Positions 13,219-25,529 of a stretch of DNA of 64,000 nt are shown here, one piece after another. Both the position numbers and the translations under genes were made by a program. Location of the stretch: assembly GCA_028023455.1 (NCBI GenBank), contig JAQFVV010000007.1, forward strand, positions 19,468,001 to 19,532,000, written 5' to 3'. This stretch comes from Epiperipatus broadwayi. Its lineage: Eukaryota > Animalia > Onychophora. The notes below the pieces were generated by a model, which worked only from the letters and a program-made list of their open reading frames with translations, did no database searches and was not told the origin of the DNA. How positions within the stretch are numbered: the first letter of the stretch is position 1; each line of letters begins with the position of its first letter.

Positions 13219-14535
13219 CAATAATTACTGATTGAAAACAACACATTTGCAATGCTGCTTAATTAAGAAAGAATCCATAAACAACAACATAATTAAACTC
13301 TTATCAATTGAAATCGAAAGCAGTGGCTAATGAATTTTGCTGGCGGCTATGAAAACAGACTACAAAAAATGACAACAGGTCATTACATAAATAGATCTAA
13401 ATTTTCTCACACGTCAGTTTTTAGAAATCAATCAATTAGCCTGGTCAGTTCAATTTATGAGTTCATTTCATCAATCAGTCATGCATTATTAATAGTCATT
13501 GGAACATACGATGAACTTTGAACCTTGTCCAAATACCAGTACTCTGCCCGAGATGAAATAACAGCTGCCAGAATATCTACTATTATAATAATAGTGCCAT
13601 GAAATAAATAACCATCCTCAACGTTAATAAAAGAAGTAACCAGGATCATCACTCAACAGAAATCCTCCCCAGAAGCATAAATCCAGCCAGCTGGTAAAAA
13701 AACAAGTCAGAAACACCCTGGAAGCATAGGAAGCAAACAACCAAAATCTCCACACTTCAAAAACCTAGGTATTTAATAACTATCATCTCCATTTATAAAT
13801 TCAACATAGTCATTGCCATTTATAAAGCCTCCAGAGTCAGTAATAAATGAACTCTATAGCATGCATAAAAGAACTATTGATGTGCATGTTGGTTTGAAGA
13901 CCTTATATTTAATATTTATCATACTATTTAATACTTTTGTCATTTAATGTTATTAGATTATATATTTTCATGTGTAGTTAAAATGTGTGTGTGTGTGTGG
14001 TCATATATAAACACTATAAAAGTTTATGTTAACTTAAAAATATCTAAAAGTAGTTCAAAACTTTATTAATTAGTGTTGAATTAAAATAAATTGTGTTTTA
14101 AACTTAATATCTGTCAGTCAATTATTTTTACCATTAATTAAAACAATTCTGTCCTTGTATTACTGTGCTGAGCTAGTCATGGGATATTTTTGGGTACTGG
14201 ATTATGGGCCTACTGTCCAAACACGTTAGTTCTAGAAACTAGCTGGTGCCCGGGTTTACTCCAAAACAAATAAAGTGCTTGGATAGTGGGGGTTTGAATC
14301 TAGCAGTCAAGATGGGCCACGGTCTGGAAATGTGATCATGTTATGTGTTGCATAGCTTGGTCTGATCATGGGTATTGTTGATATCTCTGCTATCAATAAT
14401 ATTCTCCCCTCTGCTCGAAGGGCCAATCTATTCATGAAATAGTTATTATATAAAGTCATAATAATAAGGTTTAAACCCAGATGAACCTAGCATGTTGAGT
14501 ATGCTGGATCATCTACTGAACGGACCCACCACAAT

Positions 14536-14555
14536 TGGCTCACCCAACATGAGGC
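14536..14555 (+). promoter_or_regulatory. Degenerate primer-binding site (tRNA-Lys(CUU)-like)
   Basis: TGGCTCACCCAACATGAGGC starts 2 nt after the LTR-terminal CA and resembles the tRNA-Lys PBS TGGCGCCCAACGTGGGGC. Confidence 0.55.
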
Positions 14556-14856
14556 AGAATCTGACATGATTAAATAATCATGTCAATTAATTAAAGAAAT
14601 GTAAACAGTTCAAGAAATGCTAAATTGCATATCTAAAATCAAGAATTGTAAAGTGGTATTAATTTAAAAAAAAAAAAATTGATCAAATTTTTTTCCTTTA
14701 AACAAAAAAAGAGAGAATTAATGACAGATATTTTGGGTGGAGTTAGGGCATGAGAATGGTGGATATAGGACAGGGAGTGGAGTCAGTCGTATATTCAGTG
14801 TAAGGAAATAAAAAGTTTATATTTCAATTTAGTGAAATAAACATATTGTTTCAAAA

Positions 14857-15534
14857 ATGGAAGAAATAGAAAAAGAAGATATATCTAAGATGCAGATGTT
14901 AATAAAAATGATGATGAATATGATGGAAAAAATGCAAGAGTTCAAGGAAGAAATCAAGCAAAGTCAACAAGAGCTCAAAGCAGAATTAAGGGAAGAAATG
15001 CGCCAAGAATTCAAGCAAGGTGAGCAAGAATTCATTGCAGAAATAAGAGAAATGAGATGTGAGATAACAGGAAAGGTAGAGAAGAACCAAGAAAATATAG
15101 AGTTAGATTTTATTAAAGAAAGTCATGAAGTTGAAAAGAAAGTTGAGGTAGTAAGAGATGTAAGTGAAAGGAAGGATGAATTAGAAAATGTAGTAGAACA
15201 GGATAGCGTTAAGTATAGTGGTTTGAAAATGGAAATAATAAAGATAGCAGATAACATAAAGGAGATTTCACAAGGAAGTAAAAATAAAAGGATTAAAGTA
15301 AATGTTCGAGTTCATTATAAGCATAAATTTAAAAATAGATTTAAAAAGAGAAAGAATAGAAAAACATATTCTCATATTGAAGTAAAACAAGGTTCTGCAA
15401 AGCTTAAAGGTTTTCTAACCTATAAAGCAGAAAATAGAACCGAACAGGAAAGAGATAAAGCAACAAATTTTAATCAAAGGATAGATGTGAGGATATGGAG
15501 TATAATTTATGTTAGTGAATTATTAGAAAGATGA
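14857..15534 (+). CDS. Coiled-coil, gag-N-terminal-like ORF (225 aa) of the LTR element
   Basis: E/K/Q/M-rich heptad-like N-terminal half, located about 300 bp downstream of the PBS. No capsid or zinc-knuckle motif follows. Confidence 0.55.
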   Translation: MEEIEKEDISKMQMLIKMMMNMMEKMQEFKEEIKQSQQELKAELREEMRQEFKQGEQEFIAEIREMRCEITGKVEKNQENIELDFIKESHEVEKKVEVVRDVSERKDELENVVEQDSVKYSGLKMEIIKIADNIKEISQGSKNKRIKVNVRVHYKHKFKNRFKKRKNRKTYSHIEVKQGSAKLKGFLTYKAENRTEQERDKATNFNQRIDVRIWSIIYVSELLER

Positions 15535-16742
15535 AAAGAACCACCTGACAAAGTTTAGGAGTTAGTAATCGGGTGGAATAGTAAAGAAAAGAAACAAAGA
15601 ACTGGAAATGGACAATGAGCACAAATATGATTATTCTAATGTAAATAAATCTGATAGATTTAAATCTGAAACTTCTATTTAAAACTAAAATAATAAATTT
15701 AAAAATAAATGAATAATAATAAATGAAATGTTTGAAAGTAATAATAATAATAATGGAGGCTTCGTAAAATAAAAGATTTTTTCTCCACGCACATACTACT
15801 AAAGAAAAGTGTTCGAAAACAAATGACTGCAAGAAATGTCCAATAATGGAAATGTTAAATAAATAGTTCAAATAAAATCCAGTTTCGTATAATAAAATCA
15901 AGTTAAATAAATAAAAGCAAGGTAAAGAAATAAATAAGTAAAAAAAATATCTGTAGAATAATAATAAAGTGGCATAATAAAATAAAAGTTTTTTTTTTTA
16001 AATATACGCATGTTTAAAAAATGTTTTAAATAATATTTGGGAGTGATTTAATACAAATAAATGGTTTAAGATCATGTTCATGTGAATTTAAAAAATAATA
16101 TTGTAAGGTTAATAAATAAAATATAAAGTCAATCTAAATTATATTAGGAGTGTGTAAGGGTTTGAAATTAAAGGGAATGAGGGTAGTAAATAGAAATAAG
16201 TTTTAGATAAGGAAAAGTTAAAGCTGTTGGCTGGATAAAATTTAACACCCACAATCGACTTATCAGGGATCATTCCTCTTTAAAATGCACACTGGAAACA
16301 ACCAGCATAGCTGCAAATCACTTCCTTGGGGGAGAATCCTCATATTTCATATTCCAAAGCATAAGTCGGATTGGACAGTTGATGAATCCTGTCATTTGCA
16401 GTGACTTTTCTTTTCACAAAGTCCGATCAAGAGAACCAGCACATGAAACTTTGTTTTTCATACTTGTAAGTTGGTATAAGACAGCCAATCTGCATCTGCT
16501 TCATTTCCAAAAGATCCTTGCATCACCAGAAATAGTGTTGTCCTCATGGTTGTTATCTAGTACGAAGATTATTGTAAGCAATGTTGCCAGCGTCAAAAGA
16601 ATAAAAGTATAATTGAAGATTGCCCTTAGCATGTAAAGTGTCAGATATTAGAAAGTAAACTTAGGAAAATAATAAATAATTTGAGATTTAATAAAGAATT
16701 TAATCAGAGATAAAATGGTCAAAAATGATGCACTTTATTCTC

Positions 16743-16755
16743 AAACGGAGGGCAG
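16743..16755 (+). promoter_or_regulatory. Polypurine tract candidate
   Basis: AAACGGAGGGCAG lies directly before TGTAATG. Confidence 0.5.
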
Positions 16756-18555
16756 TGTAATGTACCAATATCATATCAGTACATATATATAATTTTTGTC
16801 TAAAAATTATTAAAATAAAATACAGCTCAATAAAAGAAAATAATTAATAAAAGTTGTACAATTCAGTTTGAGATATTGTTATTTATAAAAGGTTTGAAGA
16901 ATTTTTTTTATTAAACCAAAACATGTCACTAAAAAAAAAAGAAATAATTTATAAATGTTCCAATTAATTAATTGGAAGGGGAAAAATTAAAAGTATATCA
17001 GTTTAAAATATAAATCTTTTACATAAAAGATTTGTATTATCTCTTTGCATTTAATTTAAAGAAAAAAGGAAAGTAATTGTAAAAATTAAACAACAAGTAC
17101 TTTTAGAAATATATATGTGTGAGAGTAAACAAAAAAATGACAAATGATAAAGGTGTGTATATGTGCATGTTAAAGTAATAGGGAAAAACACATGAAAAAA
17201 AATATGAAAATAAATAAATTCAGCAATAACTACTGATTGAAAACAACACGTTTGCAATACTACTTGATTAAGAAAGAATCTATAAACAACAATGTAATTA
17301 AACTCTTATCAATTGAAATCGAAAGCAGTGGATAATGGATTTTTCTGGCAGCTACAAAAACAGACTACAAAAAATGACAACAGGTCATTACAGAAATAGA
17401 CCTAAATTTCCACACACAAGTCAGTTTTTAGGGATCAGTCAATTAGCCTGGTCAGTTTAATTTATAAGTTCAATTCATCAATCAGTCATGCATTGTTAAT
17501 AGTCATTGTAACATATGATGAACTTCAAACCTTGTCCAAATACCAGTAATTTGCCTGAGATGAAGTAACAGTTTCCCAATAAGTGAGAGTTGCCAGAATA
17601 TCTACTATCATAATAATAGTGCCACAAAATAAATATCTGGTCTCAACCTTAGTAAAAGAAGTAACCAGGATCATCAATCAAGAGAAATCCTCTGCAGAAA
17701 CATAAATCCAGCTGGCTGGTAATAAAACAAGTCAGAAACACACTGAAAACACAGGAAGCAAACAACTAAAATCTCCACGCTCCCAAAACCTAGGTATTTA
17801 ATAACTTTCTTATTTCCATTTATAAATTCAACATAGTCATTGCCATCCATAAAGCCTCCAGAGTCATAATAAATGAACTCTATAGCATGCATAAAATAAA
17901 TATTGATGTGCATGTTGGTTTTAATGCCTTATATTTAATATTTATCATACTATTTAATACTTTTGTCATTTAATGTTGTTAGATTATATATGTTCATGTG
18001 TAGTTAAAATGTGTGGGTGTGGTCATATATAAACACCATAAATGTTTATGTTAATTAAAAAATATGTAAAAATAGTTCAAACTTTAATAATTAGTATTCA
18101 ATTAAAATAAATTGTGTTTTAAACTTAATATCTGTCAGTCAATTCTTTTTACCATTAATTAAAACAATTTTGTTCTTGTATTACTTTGCTGAGCTAGGCA
18201 TGGGATATTTTCGGGTGCTGGATTATGGGCCTACTGTCCAAACACATTAGTTCTAGAAACTAGGTGGCACCTGGGATTTACTCTGAAACAAATAAAGTGC
18301 TTGGATAGTGGGGGTTTGAATGTAACAGTCTAGGTGGGCCATGGTCTGGAAGTGAGATCGTGTTATGTGTTGCATAGCTCAGTCTGATCATGGGTATTGT
18401 TGACAGCTTTGCTATCACTAATATTCTCTCCTCTGCTTGAAGGGCCAATCCATTCATGAAATAGTTATTATATAAAGTCATAATAATAAGGTTTAAACCC
18501 AGATGAACCTAGCATGTAGAGTATGCTGGATCATCTACTAAATGAACCCACCACA
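16756..18555 (+). repeat. 3' LTR (~1.8 kb, TG...CA)
   Basis: Starts TGTAA after the PPT, ends CCACCACA and contains AATAAA near 18291. It is homologous to the 5' copy from 17000 onward. Confidence 0.7.
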
Positions 18556-18575
18556 CAATATATATATATATATAT

Positions 18576-18887
18576 TGTAACAGTCAGAATCATCTATCTC
18601 GCTAACACACTGCAGAATTCAAACCCCAGACATGAAACTGAACATTCTAGGAGGGGTTGCCTTCTAGATATACTAAGTATGAATCTAAAGTCCAAATTTC
18701 ACAGTGCCTTCTATGTGATAATGCATCTGATGCCACTACTAGTATAACCTTTGACCGGTGCCTGGTGGTCAGGGAGAAACAAAAGACTCTATACTAAAAG
18801 AACCTTGGGTGGCTAATTAATGTCTATGGATTTACAAAAGAAATGCAGAATATAATGTCTATGGATTTACAAAATAAATGCAGAATA
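18576..18887 (+). repeat. Short dispersed repeat flanked by (TA)n, ending in a 35-bp tandem duplication
   Basis: Homologous to 23199-23435 (TGTAA..GTCAGA..CTATCT.GCTAACA, AGGGGTTGCCT, CCGGTGCC.G.TGGTCAGGGAGAA). TAATGTCTATGGATTTACAAAA(G/T)AAATGCAGAATA occurs at 18818-18852 and 18853-18887. Confidence 0.75.
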
Positions 18888-19049
18888 TATATATATATAT
18901 ATATAGACCGAGACAGTGATAGGAATCAAATAAAATAAGAGATCAAATTTAGTTTTAAACAATTTCACAAAATTTATTTATATAAAATATGTATATAACA
19001 CCACTGTCTGCTTATATGAGACAGGGATGCGTATTGAATAATTGTGGCC

Positions 19050-19790
19050 ATTATATTCCAATAAATGATAAAAAGGTTTTAAAGCAAAGTGATATATTCT
19101 ATTCCTTGGGCTAATAGCATTACGATAATGTGCTTGATGAGATAGGAACATGTGCGAGGTGCTTTGAGCAATTATCCAAGTTTAAGAAAATATTTGAAAT
19201 TAAGTGTTATAAAATATTTATTGATTTCGAGAATAGCATGGACAAAAGCTTACTAAGCAACAAAGTGGGAATGTGATCAAAGTATTTATTTGAGAATAAT
19301 AATAACAGAGTTGCATTGGGAGGTCAGTATTGCTGATAATGAATTTATTAAAGTTGGAGGGTGTGACATGTTTAAGTCACGGATGCTTTGTAAAATAAAT
19401 ATAAAAATAAAACATATTGAATATCTGGAATAATTACGGAGGGCATATCGCCGCTAACCCGTAGGAAAGTATTTTATGAATGGCCGAAACTTAGCGACTG
19501 GGTGATGATTGTGTTTAATTCCCAGGTGTGGTATTTGTGGACACACTCTGCCTGGAAACTGCAATAAGCGAAGAGCACGGACTTGGCCGTGTAAAGAATC
19601 CTTGGAAAAGTAAAACAAAGCGGTCTCAATAACCAATTCATTTACCAGCAATACGAGACTAGTGTATATAAAACATACCGAATGGGTTTTATTTGGATTA
19701 AGAGAAATGCCCAATCAAATTCCCAGAAATTTATTTAAAAGAGTCCACACATTCTCAATGTCAATGATGAACTTTGTAATTAAAGTAGAA
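19050..19790 (-). mobile_element. Degenerate LINE relic (RT C-terminal region)
   Basis: GISLNPNKTHSVCF matches the 'W.I.LN..KT..V.F' RT-thumb motif and is followed by a frameshifted KY/LGI/SLSFGH resembling 'KYLG..LD..L.F..H'. Confidence 0.4.
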
Positions 19791-20076
19791 CATGGTAATT
19801 AAAATAGGAAAATGCATACTTGCAGGTTTGAAAAGTAAGTATAGATTTATATATGCAATCATGCATTAGGGGACACATTTAATCATTGACCTCACACATA
19901 CTCTCATATTAGATTAAAATCAATAACATGTAGATTTTAAACTATGTGATTATATTATATATTAAAGAATAGAATCACCCTCGAACGAGTGATTTGCAAG
20001 ATAATAAAATTGGAAAATTATTTAGAAATTTAAAATATGCCTTCATAGCGGCATCTTATTTTCATCAAAGCGAATA

Positions 20077-20358
20077 ATTCACTCGGTCAAAGACGATTCT
20101 GACACATTATCATAATAAAATAACAGAAAGCTTAATAAATAGAAAATATTAACCCAAGGATAGACAGCAAAATGTTGAGTATATTTAAAAGAAATACATA
20201 ATAAAGTTATGTGAAATATTCACTCGGTCAAAGACGATTCTGACACATTATCATAATAAAATAACAGAAAGCTTAATAAATAGAAAATATTAACCCAAGG
20301 ATAGAGAGCAAAATGTTGAGTATATTTAAAAAAAATACATAATAAAGTTATGTGAAAT
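20077..20358. repeat. 141-bp tandem duplication
   Basis: ATTCACTCGGTCAAAGACGATTCTGACAC...GTTATGTGAAAT at 20077 and 20218, differing at only a couple of positions. Confidence 0.95.
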
Positions 20359-21399
20359 ATCAGATAACAATTTAAAATAGTTATAGCATGTTAGGAATCA
20401 CAAGAGCTCTTGGGTTAATTTAGGTTACCTCTGGAGACACATTTTCAGGTAGATGTTCGGCAGGTTTTATAATTCAGCAGCAAAATCTAGAGTGTTCATA
20501 TTTTTGCAGCAGCAGCAGTTCCAGGGTTCCTTATGTGATAGCTTCCGATGGTCTGGAGCAGCGGTTGGCTATTTTGAGGGGACATAGCCTTCTTGACGCC
20601 TCTATTCTGTCATTTCAAAGTTAGCAATTTTTGTGGTAAACATGGTTAGAAACATTTAATCAGCAAAATGATCAGAATAAATTTGGTAAGAAATATTTCA
20701 TCAGCAAATGGCTAGAAAGTCTTGGTTTGAAACAATTAAACCTCAGAATGATTTCTCTTAGAAACATTAGAATGGAGAACAAAAGAAAACCCTCCTTTTT
20801 ATATTAGAAATTAACAATAGAACTGCCCTGGAGCATTACAAAAATATATCGGACTTATCAGCTGTAATTAAATCTATCCGAATGTCTAAAGGAATTCAAC
20901 ATTAATTAATTTCTTTTGTTAATTCCCTCTCGACATTCGAATTACAAACCAGATTTAATTAAAACTTACTTTTATTAATTAAAGAAAACCTTAAGTGGAC
21001 AGCTGCTGTTTTTAGATAAACTTATATAACATTAACTAATTAAACTATTGTCCCTCATTTATTTTAAGAGAAATATTTGGGATGACTTTTATTAAATTAA
21101 ACGAAAATTATTTTACTTTTAACTTGCAATATTTGAATCTATTTACTAAACGAATATTTACTAAATGAATTTTATTTTAAATCAAAATATATTACGACGG
21201 TAATATATTTGTAAATAGATTCAAACAAAATAACTTTAACAATTTATAATTTTGATATGTTTTAAAATGGATATCATAGTGTGTGCGCAATTACGACTTA
21301 TATAACTTACTTTTTAATAAATCAAAATTATATGAACATATACATAATCTATAATCTTTTATTTATTTGGGAATGACTTATATATATAATATGAGCATT

Positions 21400-21545
21400 G
21401 TACTCGCGGTTTAAAATTAGGCGGGATTTTCGGTATATAAGCGTATTGCAGACACACTACGATAGATTGGGGTTCAAACTAAGGTATGAGGGTAGGAAAT
21501 AGGTGAGAAAAGGTGAAATGAAGATCTGCAAGGCAGATTGTTTTC
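21400..21545 (-). repeat. Copy of a ~130-bp LTR-like core repeat
   Basis: CACACTACGATA..GGGTTCAAA..GTATGA.GGTAGG..AAGATCTGCA is shared with 31830-31955 and 34605-34728. Confidence 0.55.
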
Positions 21546-22449
21546 AATTACTTTAGTGTAATTTTTTTATGATTAATTCCCAATTTCTTAATGTTGTATC
21601 ACATTTGAGAAAATTTCTTTTCACATGAACATTTTAAAAGTCCTTACACTGTATGAATAGCATAGTTTTCAGGTTTAAGACAGGAACTAATTTTAATTTT
21701 CAAATTTTTTTAGATCACAAACAGATTTAGATTTCTTTTCTCAAATATGAGACTATATTCAATATAGGTAGCTATTGTATAATATGACAGAAAATTTCCA
21801 CATTATTACTAGATGTAATGGGCATATAGTAATTCAAGGCAATGCTGACATGACACAATTTATTATTTCATGAGTTAAGAGATTTTAATCTAAAATCTCC
21901 AGCAACGTAAGCGGTTCATTTGTCATATAAACTAATTTCACACTGAGATCAGCCACTTCTTTTATTTACTGTGATCAAACATGGAATGGTCTTTTTGTTT
22001 CTGTAACTGTTCACGATATCCAATCATTATTCTCAACTCAAACATCTGCCATTATTCTCCAATCCTATTATTGTCCTTTCAATTTCAGTTGATAAACTTT
22101 CTTGATCTTTCTCTTTCTATACACACACACACACATCTCAAAAGATTATCTTTCGTTTGGACGTCTAATAATACACAACTTTTCTGCAGATCTCAGGTAC
22201 TGATCATACTAGAAGGTATTTTTATTATCTATACTAGCGGTGATATCTGGATTTACTCTTAAAACATTACAAATAAATATTGTAATTATATTATAAACTA
22301 TAGATATATAATAAATATATTAACTAACTAAAAACTATACGTGTAAAAAAATAATTGTTTGCAATTATATATATATATATATAAACCCAATTACTTCTGT
22401 ACATAATTGCTTTAATAAAAATAAACAATTATTCTTCTAAAGAGCCACT

Positions 22450-22550
22450 TTAATATTTCAAACAGAAAACTGGGTATCATCTTAAATTACTGCCAAACGG
22501 TTATTTGCAGTAATTTCTGATGAAGATCAGTCTTCTGATTGAAATATTAA
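22450..22550 (+). ncRNA. Hammerhead-ribozyme-like motif (minimal type I) embedded in an inverted repeat
   Basis: CTGATGA (22517-22523), A, hairpin GATCAG-TCTT-CTGATT, GAAA (22541-22544), then an ATAT palindrome. 22450-22493 is an antisense, more decayed copy of the same unit. Confidence 0.45.
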
Positions 22551-23198
22551 AACTCCTGTGTAGAAAAATGTGTTAGTTTTTAGTTATTTATTTTCGAGTT
22601 AGCTAGTTAATAATTATTATTAATGTGAGCTAGTTAATAATTAATTTTATATGTCATAGATTTTTGAAAAAAGTTGAAAATAAAGATCCAGTGTTTAAAA
22701 AAATGGCCAAACATTTTGAACAATACCCAACAAATGTGTAATTTATAATTAGAATAAAACCATTTAAGATATAGCATTTATAGGTGAAAACAAGAAAACA
22801 TGCTTAAGAAAGGATATGAAAAACAGATTCTTCCTAATGTATAAATAAAAATATATACAGAAAACCATACAGCAAATAGTAAGTTTAATGATGAAAAATA
22901 GCAGCATATAATATAAAATTATTGAAAGATAAATGTATAAGTTCAGCATGAAGAAACTACATTAACAAAGTATACAACAGCATAAAATATCTAAAAATTT
23001 ACTCATCATCTGCAATATGTCCATAAATATTCACAAATGTTGTTGATTATCAAACTACACAAAGAAAACTCAGCAAATCATGTGTCAAGATAATCAAACA
23101 CACTAAAATAAATGAAGAATACAGACTTGCATCTCTAGATATAACTGAGACTGGATAAAACTCTGTCTTGCAAAACATCAGTAAACATAATAAAATAC

Positions 23199-23435
23199 TG
23201 TAATGGTCAGATCACCTATCTTGCTAACAGGCTTCAGAATTTGAACCATATCTTAGAAGGGGTTGCCTCCCAGAAATCCTAAGTTCAAATCCAATATCTG
23301 AGCTCCAGAGCACCACCTATGTGACAGCACATCTGACATTACAAATAGCATAGTTTCTTGCCGGTGCCAGTGGTCAGGGAGAACAAAATATTCTAAATTA
23401 AATAGCCCTAGGTTCATCTAATAAGAACTATAGAT
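23199..23435 (+). repeat. Second copy of the 18576 dispersed repeat
   Basis: Shares colinear blocks with 18576-18831. Confidence 0.7.
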
Positions 23436-25394
23436 GTGCCAAAGATACCTATCAGTGTATATGGTATATAATTTAGACCACTGGGATAAATAAATAAAAA
23501 AGTGTAATTAATCTATTCAAATATAATATTTATTAGACATCAATTTATAAACATCAGCTATATGAATTTGATAGCTATATAAAAGATTACTTTTCAGTAC
23601 TTCATACTTGGATTAAAAGTTATTATAATGTGCCTAATTGTACTATGATAATTGTAAGTATATGCGAGCTACGCAAAGCACTAAAAAAGTTAACTAGTTA
23701 ACTAATTAAAATAGTAGGGAAAATAATTATATTTGATAGGAGAATAACTCAGGCAACTCATGGAATTGTAAATATAAGACAGAGATACACTGAACGTTAT
23801 GGGAATAAATGTAATAATAAATTCATAATGAAAGTATATGGTGGTGTCAGTGAGATATAGTACTAAAGATGGAGTGTGGTATGTTGAAACCATGGCTTTA
23901 CAAAAGACTCAAAGTAAATAAAATATTTACAGTCATGGATAGGCAGTTTGCCATTCATCTGGAAAATCTCTAGTCACGTTGAACAGCCCAAGCCTGACCC
24001 AACCTCAGAAGCTTCATGACAGTAGGGACATACACATATCATTCCCATGTGAGACATTCCATGTCACACTCTACTGGAAACCACAGAGGAAAAAGGGGTA
24101 TGATTTCAACCATTGATGCCCTTGGGAAAGTAACAAAGTAAATCCCAATACCCCAACATGTTCACTGGCAACACACAATTAATTATAAAATATAAATAAG
24201 TAATTAAAAGAGGTAGTTCATAAATGGGCAGAATAGCTCTCTCTTAAATTTGATTTTCTGATGGCTCACATACTCCCCATCAAAATTAAATGAATAAAAT
24301 AACTAGCTAAAATTTGATTTAGATAAAACGTGAAAATATAAATATATTTTAATATCAATTAAAATATAGGGAGGGAAATGCATGATTATGGTTTTAATAA
24401 AATAGTGAAGCAAACAAGCATTTATATAAAATGTCCCTTTGTAACTCGCACATGCTTGAGTGGACTAATTTAAAATATTTCACATAGAATTTATGGAGAA
24501 AATATATTTGGATAAGAATACATATTATAATAGTACTTTCGTTCCCAGCAAAAACTTTTATAGAGAATAAACCCTCGGATGAGTGAGCCATAGAGATATT
24601 TAAAACAATCAATAAAAGAGGTAATTTAACATTCAAGTCCACATCAAAATGGTTGTTTGTAAAATAGTATTAAAAAATAGTTGGATTGATCAGCGGAGTT
24701 TATTCAAGCACATTATAATAAAGAATAAAATGAGACATTAAACAGATATATAAAGAAAATATTAACCGAAGTAGGAATTAAACATGCATTAAAAGAAAAG
24801 AACTAAATGAATAAATACAATTATTAAATACAATATAAGGTTGCTGAAGATTGGAATTATTTATGAGATATCTCGGATTAATTTTTGTATTACCTCAGCT
24901 TCTAAAAAACAGTCCATGTGCACTTTCGAAGAGTTTAATGGATGTCTTGAGCAGTTTCAGTTCACTCTTAAATTTATGGATTTGATGGGCTTCAGTGGCA
25001 TTATTTAGACAGCATTAAAGATGTATGTTTTATCAGCAGCATTCCGACCTATTAGGATGGTCACGGCAGATGTTAGATGGTATAACAGGATGTCAGATGG
25101 TGAAAGATGAATGGCAAGCTAGCCCTTCCTGAGGAAAAACAGCCCACTGCCTCTTTCTACTCCATGATTTTAAGGTTGTCTATTACTAAAACTGTTTGAC
25201 AAAATTTGCTTTCCATCTAGGATCTGGTAAGGTGATTCTTTTTTTCTTGAAACACTTTTAAAACTTGTTGATAATTCTGCTTAGTCACTATCAATTAATA
25301 ATTCAACAAATTCTTCATTAACAAAACTCAGAATAATGTCTCCAATTAGAATCAGAAGAACTCTAGAACAATATTTAGTAATCTGCCTTACTTA

Positions 25395-25520
25395 TATATC
25401 TTACACTTCTTTCTTTCTGTATAATCCCTTTTTTCATATTTATTTTTCCATAACTTCATTATATGTATCCTTTCTGTTTTCAAACATTTACATTCAATTA
25501 ACAAATGCCTAATATTTTCT
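25395..25520 (-). mobile_element. Diverged duplicate of the CCHC-coding 3' part of the adjacent LINE
   Basis: CTGTATAATC..TTCCATAACTTCATTAT.TGTA.CCTTTCTG.TT.CAAACATTTACATT.AA.TAACA.ATGCCTAATATTTTCTA matches 25765-25880. Confidence 0.8.
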
Positions 25521-25529
25521 AATATTTTC

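Larger units (their letters stand above)
10071..14533 (+). repeat. 5' LTR (first ~245 bp missing; split by LINE insertion at 10308-13218)
   Basis: Both halves align colinearly with 17000-18555 and join across the LINE as CAGCAATAATT|ACTG. Confidence 0.75.
10071..18555 (+). mobile_element. Non-autonomous LTR retrotransposon (Ty3/Gypsy-like; gag-like ORF only, no pol), 5' LTR interrupted by an L1-type LINE
   Basis: Long direct repeats: 10071-10307 plus 13227-14533 versus 17000-18555, both ending CCCACCACA. A PBS-like sequence follows the first repeat, and a PPT followed by TGTAA precedes the second. The internal region is only about 2.2 kb. Confidence 0.75.
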
